Shown in pieces: positions 21,002-21,852 of a stretch of DNA of 21,852 nt. The translations under genes and the position numbers were made by a program. The stretch's first letter is position 1. Each line of letters begins with the position of its first letter. The notes under the pieces are model-generated. The model did not search any database. It saw only the letters and a program-made list of their open reading frames with translations, and was not told where the DNA came from. The DNA is from Polyangiaceae bacterium (GTDB lineage Bacteria > Myxococcota_A > Polyangia > Polyangiales > Polyangiaceae), in assembly GCA_044222475.1 (NCBI GenBank), contig JBGANF010000133.1:1-21852 (forward strand), given 5' to 3'.

Positions 21002-21852
21002 TGGGTGATCCCGAAGCTCAGGGGTCGCTGGATCGGCAGCGACACTTTGGTGGTGTAGGTCTTGTCCACGCCGGCAGGCGTGTCCTTGAGGACGAGGGTG
21101 ATGCGGACCTCGAGCGGGAGGCGGCCGTACTGGGCGGTCTGGATGGACGAGTCCCACGTCTCGAGCCATTGACCCGTCGTGGGATCGAGGAAGCGGAGAT
21201 CGAAGCTCTCGATGTTCTCGGCGAGGACGTTGACGCTGCCTCCGCGCTTGGGGTCCATGTCGATCGGCGTCTGCTCGCGCCGGACGAGGTCCATCTTCTC
21301 GGACTTCTCGGGATCGGCGGCGACGAAGTAGCCCAGCTCGGCCTGGTCGGACTGCTTCGACTCCGCCTCGACGCGGCGGTGGGCGAACGAGGAGAAGTCG
21401 ACGCGATCGAAGCGGCTCCCGCTCTGGCCGACGAAGACGGTCACGCGAGACTGCAGGGACAAGTTCTGCGGCGCGTGAGCCGAGAGGAACGCGCTGGAGA
21501 GCTCGCGCGCGATGCGCTGCACGGCGGCGCGTCCTTCACGAGCGCGGTCGCCGCGGAGGCCTTCGCGCTTCTTGGCGTTGCTCATGGAGTCGAAGGCGCC
21601 ATAGAGCAGCACTGCGATCATCGAGAGAATCGCGAGAGCGACGAGGACCTCGATGAGAGTGAGGCCTCTCTGTCGAATCCTCGATCGAGATCGATCCGGG
21701 CGCCCCGGACTGAAGTCCGGGGCAGCAACGAACCATTTCGATACTCGCCCAAAGCCCACCCCAAGGGGGCGGGCTCCCGATGGGAGCGTCGCCAAGTCAT
21801 CCCACTTTGGTACGTCGGGCCCTTTGACAACGGGAGCCCGCGCTCCGCGCGG
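20998..21852 (-). CDS. gspJ: Minor pseudopilin GspJ (probably 5'-partial), repeat-containing leader
   Basis: QRG|LTLIEVLVALAIL type IV pilin N-methylation motif, RIARELSSAF, WLETWDS, LPLEVRITL. The frame stays open to the window edge; TTG 21795 is an alternative start. Confidence 0.88.
   Translation of the reverse strand, partial: PRGARAPVVKGPDVPKWDDLATLPSGARPLGVGFGRVSKWFVAAPDFSPGRPDRSRSRIRQRGLTLIEVLVALAILSMIAVLLYGAFDSMSNAKKREGLRGDRAREGRAAVQRIARELSSAFLSAHAPQNLSLQSRVTVFVGQSGSRFDRVDFSSFAHRRVEAESKQSDQAELGYFVAADPEKSEKMDLVRREQTPIDMDPKRGGSVNVLAENIESFDLRFLDPTTGQWLETWDSSIQTAQYGRLPLEVRITLVLKDTPAGVDKTYTTKVSLPIQRPLSFGITQ
21698..21779 (+). repeat. Double-hairpin palindromic element, copy 3 (inside gspJ)
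   Basis: GCCCCGGACTGAAGTCCGGGGC (21702-21723), 29-nt linker, AGCCCACCCC-AAG-GGGGCGGGCT (21753-21775). Confidence 0.92.
21831..21852 (-). repeat. Probable copy 4 (inverted partner of copy 3), truncated by the window edge
   Basis: CGGGAGCCCGCGC-TCC-GCGCGG matches the start of hairpin 2 in inverted orientation; CGGGAG is complementary to the CTCCCG ending copies 1 and 3. Confidence 0.65.

Noticed and set aside
20716..21852. CRISPR array interpretation of the palindromic repeats with 29-30 nt linkers
   Set aside because: Copies are inverted and dispersed rather than tandem, linkers are partly conserved, and no cas genes are present.

Overview
High-GC window that looks like Myxococcota, probably Polyangiaceae/Labilithrix-like (inferred from Asp/Pro-rich lipoproteins, a Ser/Thr kinase + TPR/PEGA-like pair, a PilZ-like protein and a myxobacterial-type T2SS). 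Gene order: end of a Cys-rich protein; lipoprotein glutathione peroxidase coupled to family-4 uracil-DNA glycosylase; S1 protease; YihY; DUF3105; hom; PPC-like lipoprotein; lon (LonD/BsgA-like, with a sigma54-type promoter); DUF1015; purD; a frameshifted PilZ-like gene; kinase pair; and a minus-strand gspJ-K-L-M-N-btpA operon. Main finding: a ~80-nt double-hairpin palindromic repeat (core GCCCCGGACTGAAGTCCGGGGC) occurs as inverted doublets inside the open reading frames of gspK and gspJ. In both genes it lies in the N-terminal prepilin leader that prepilin peptidase should remove, and it is read in different frames in the two genes. This suggests a REP/REPIN-like mobile element using cleavable pseudopilin leaders as a safe harbour. 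All family calls come from motif recognition, not database searches.
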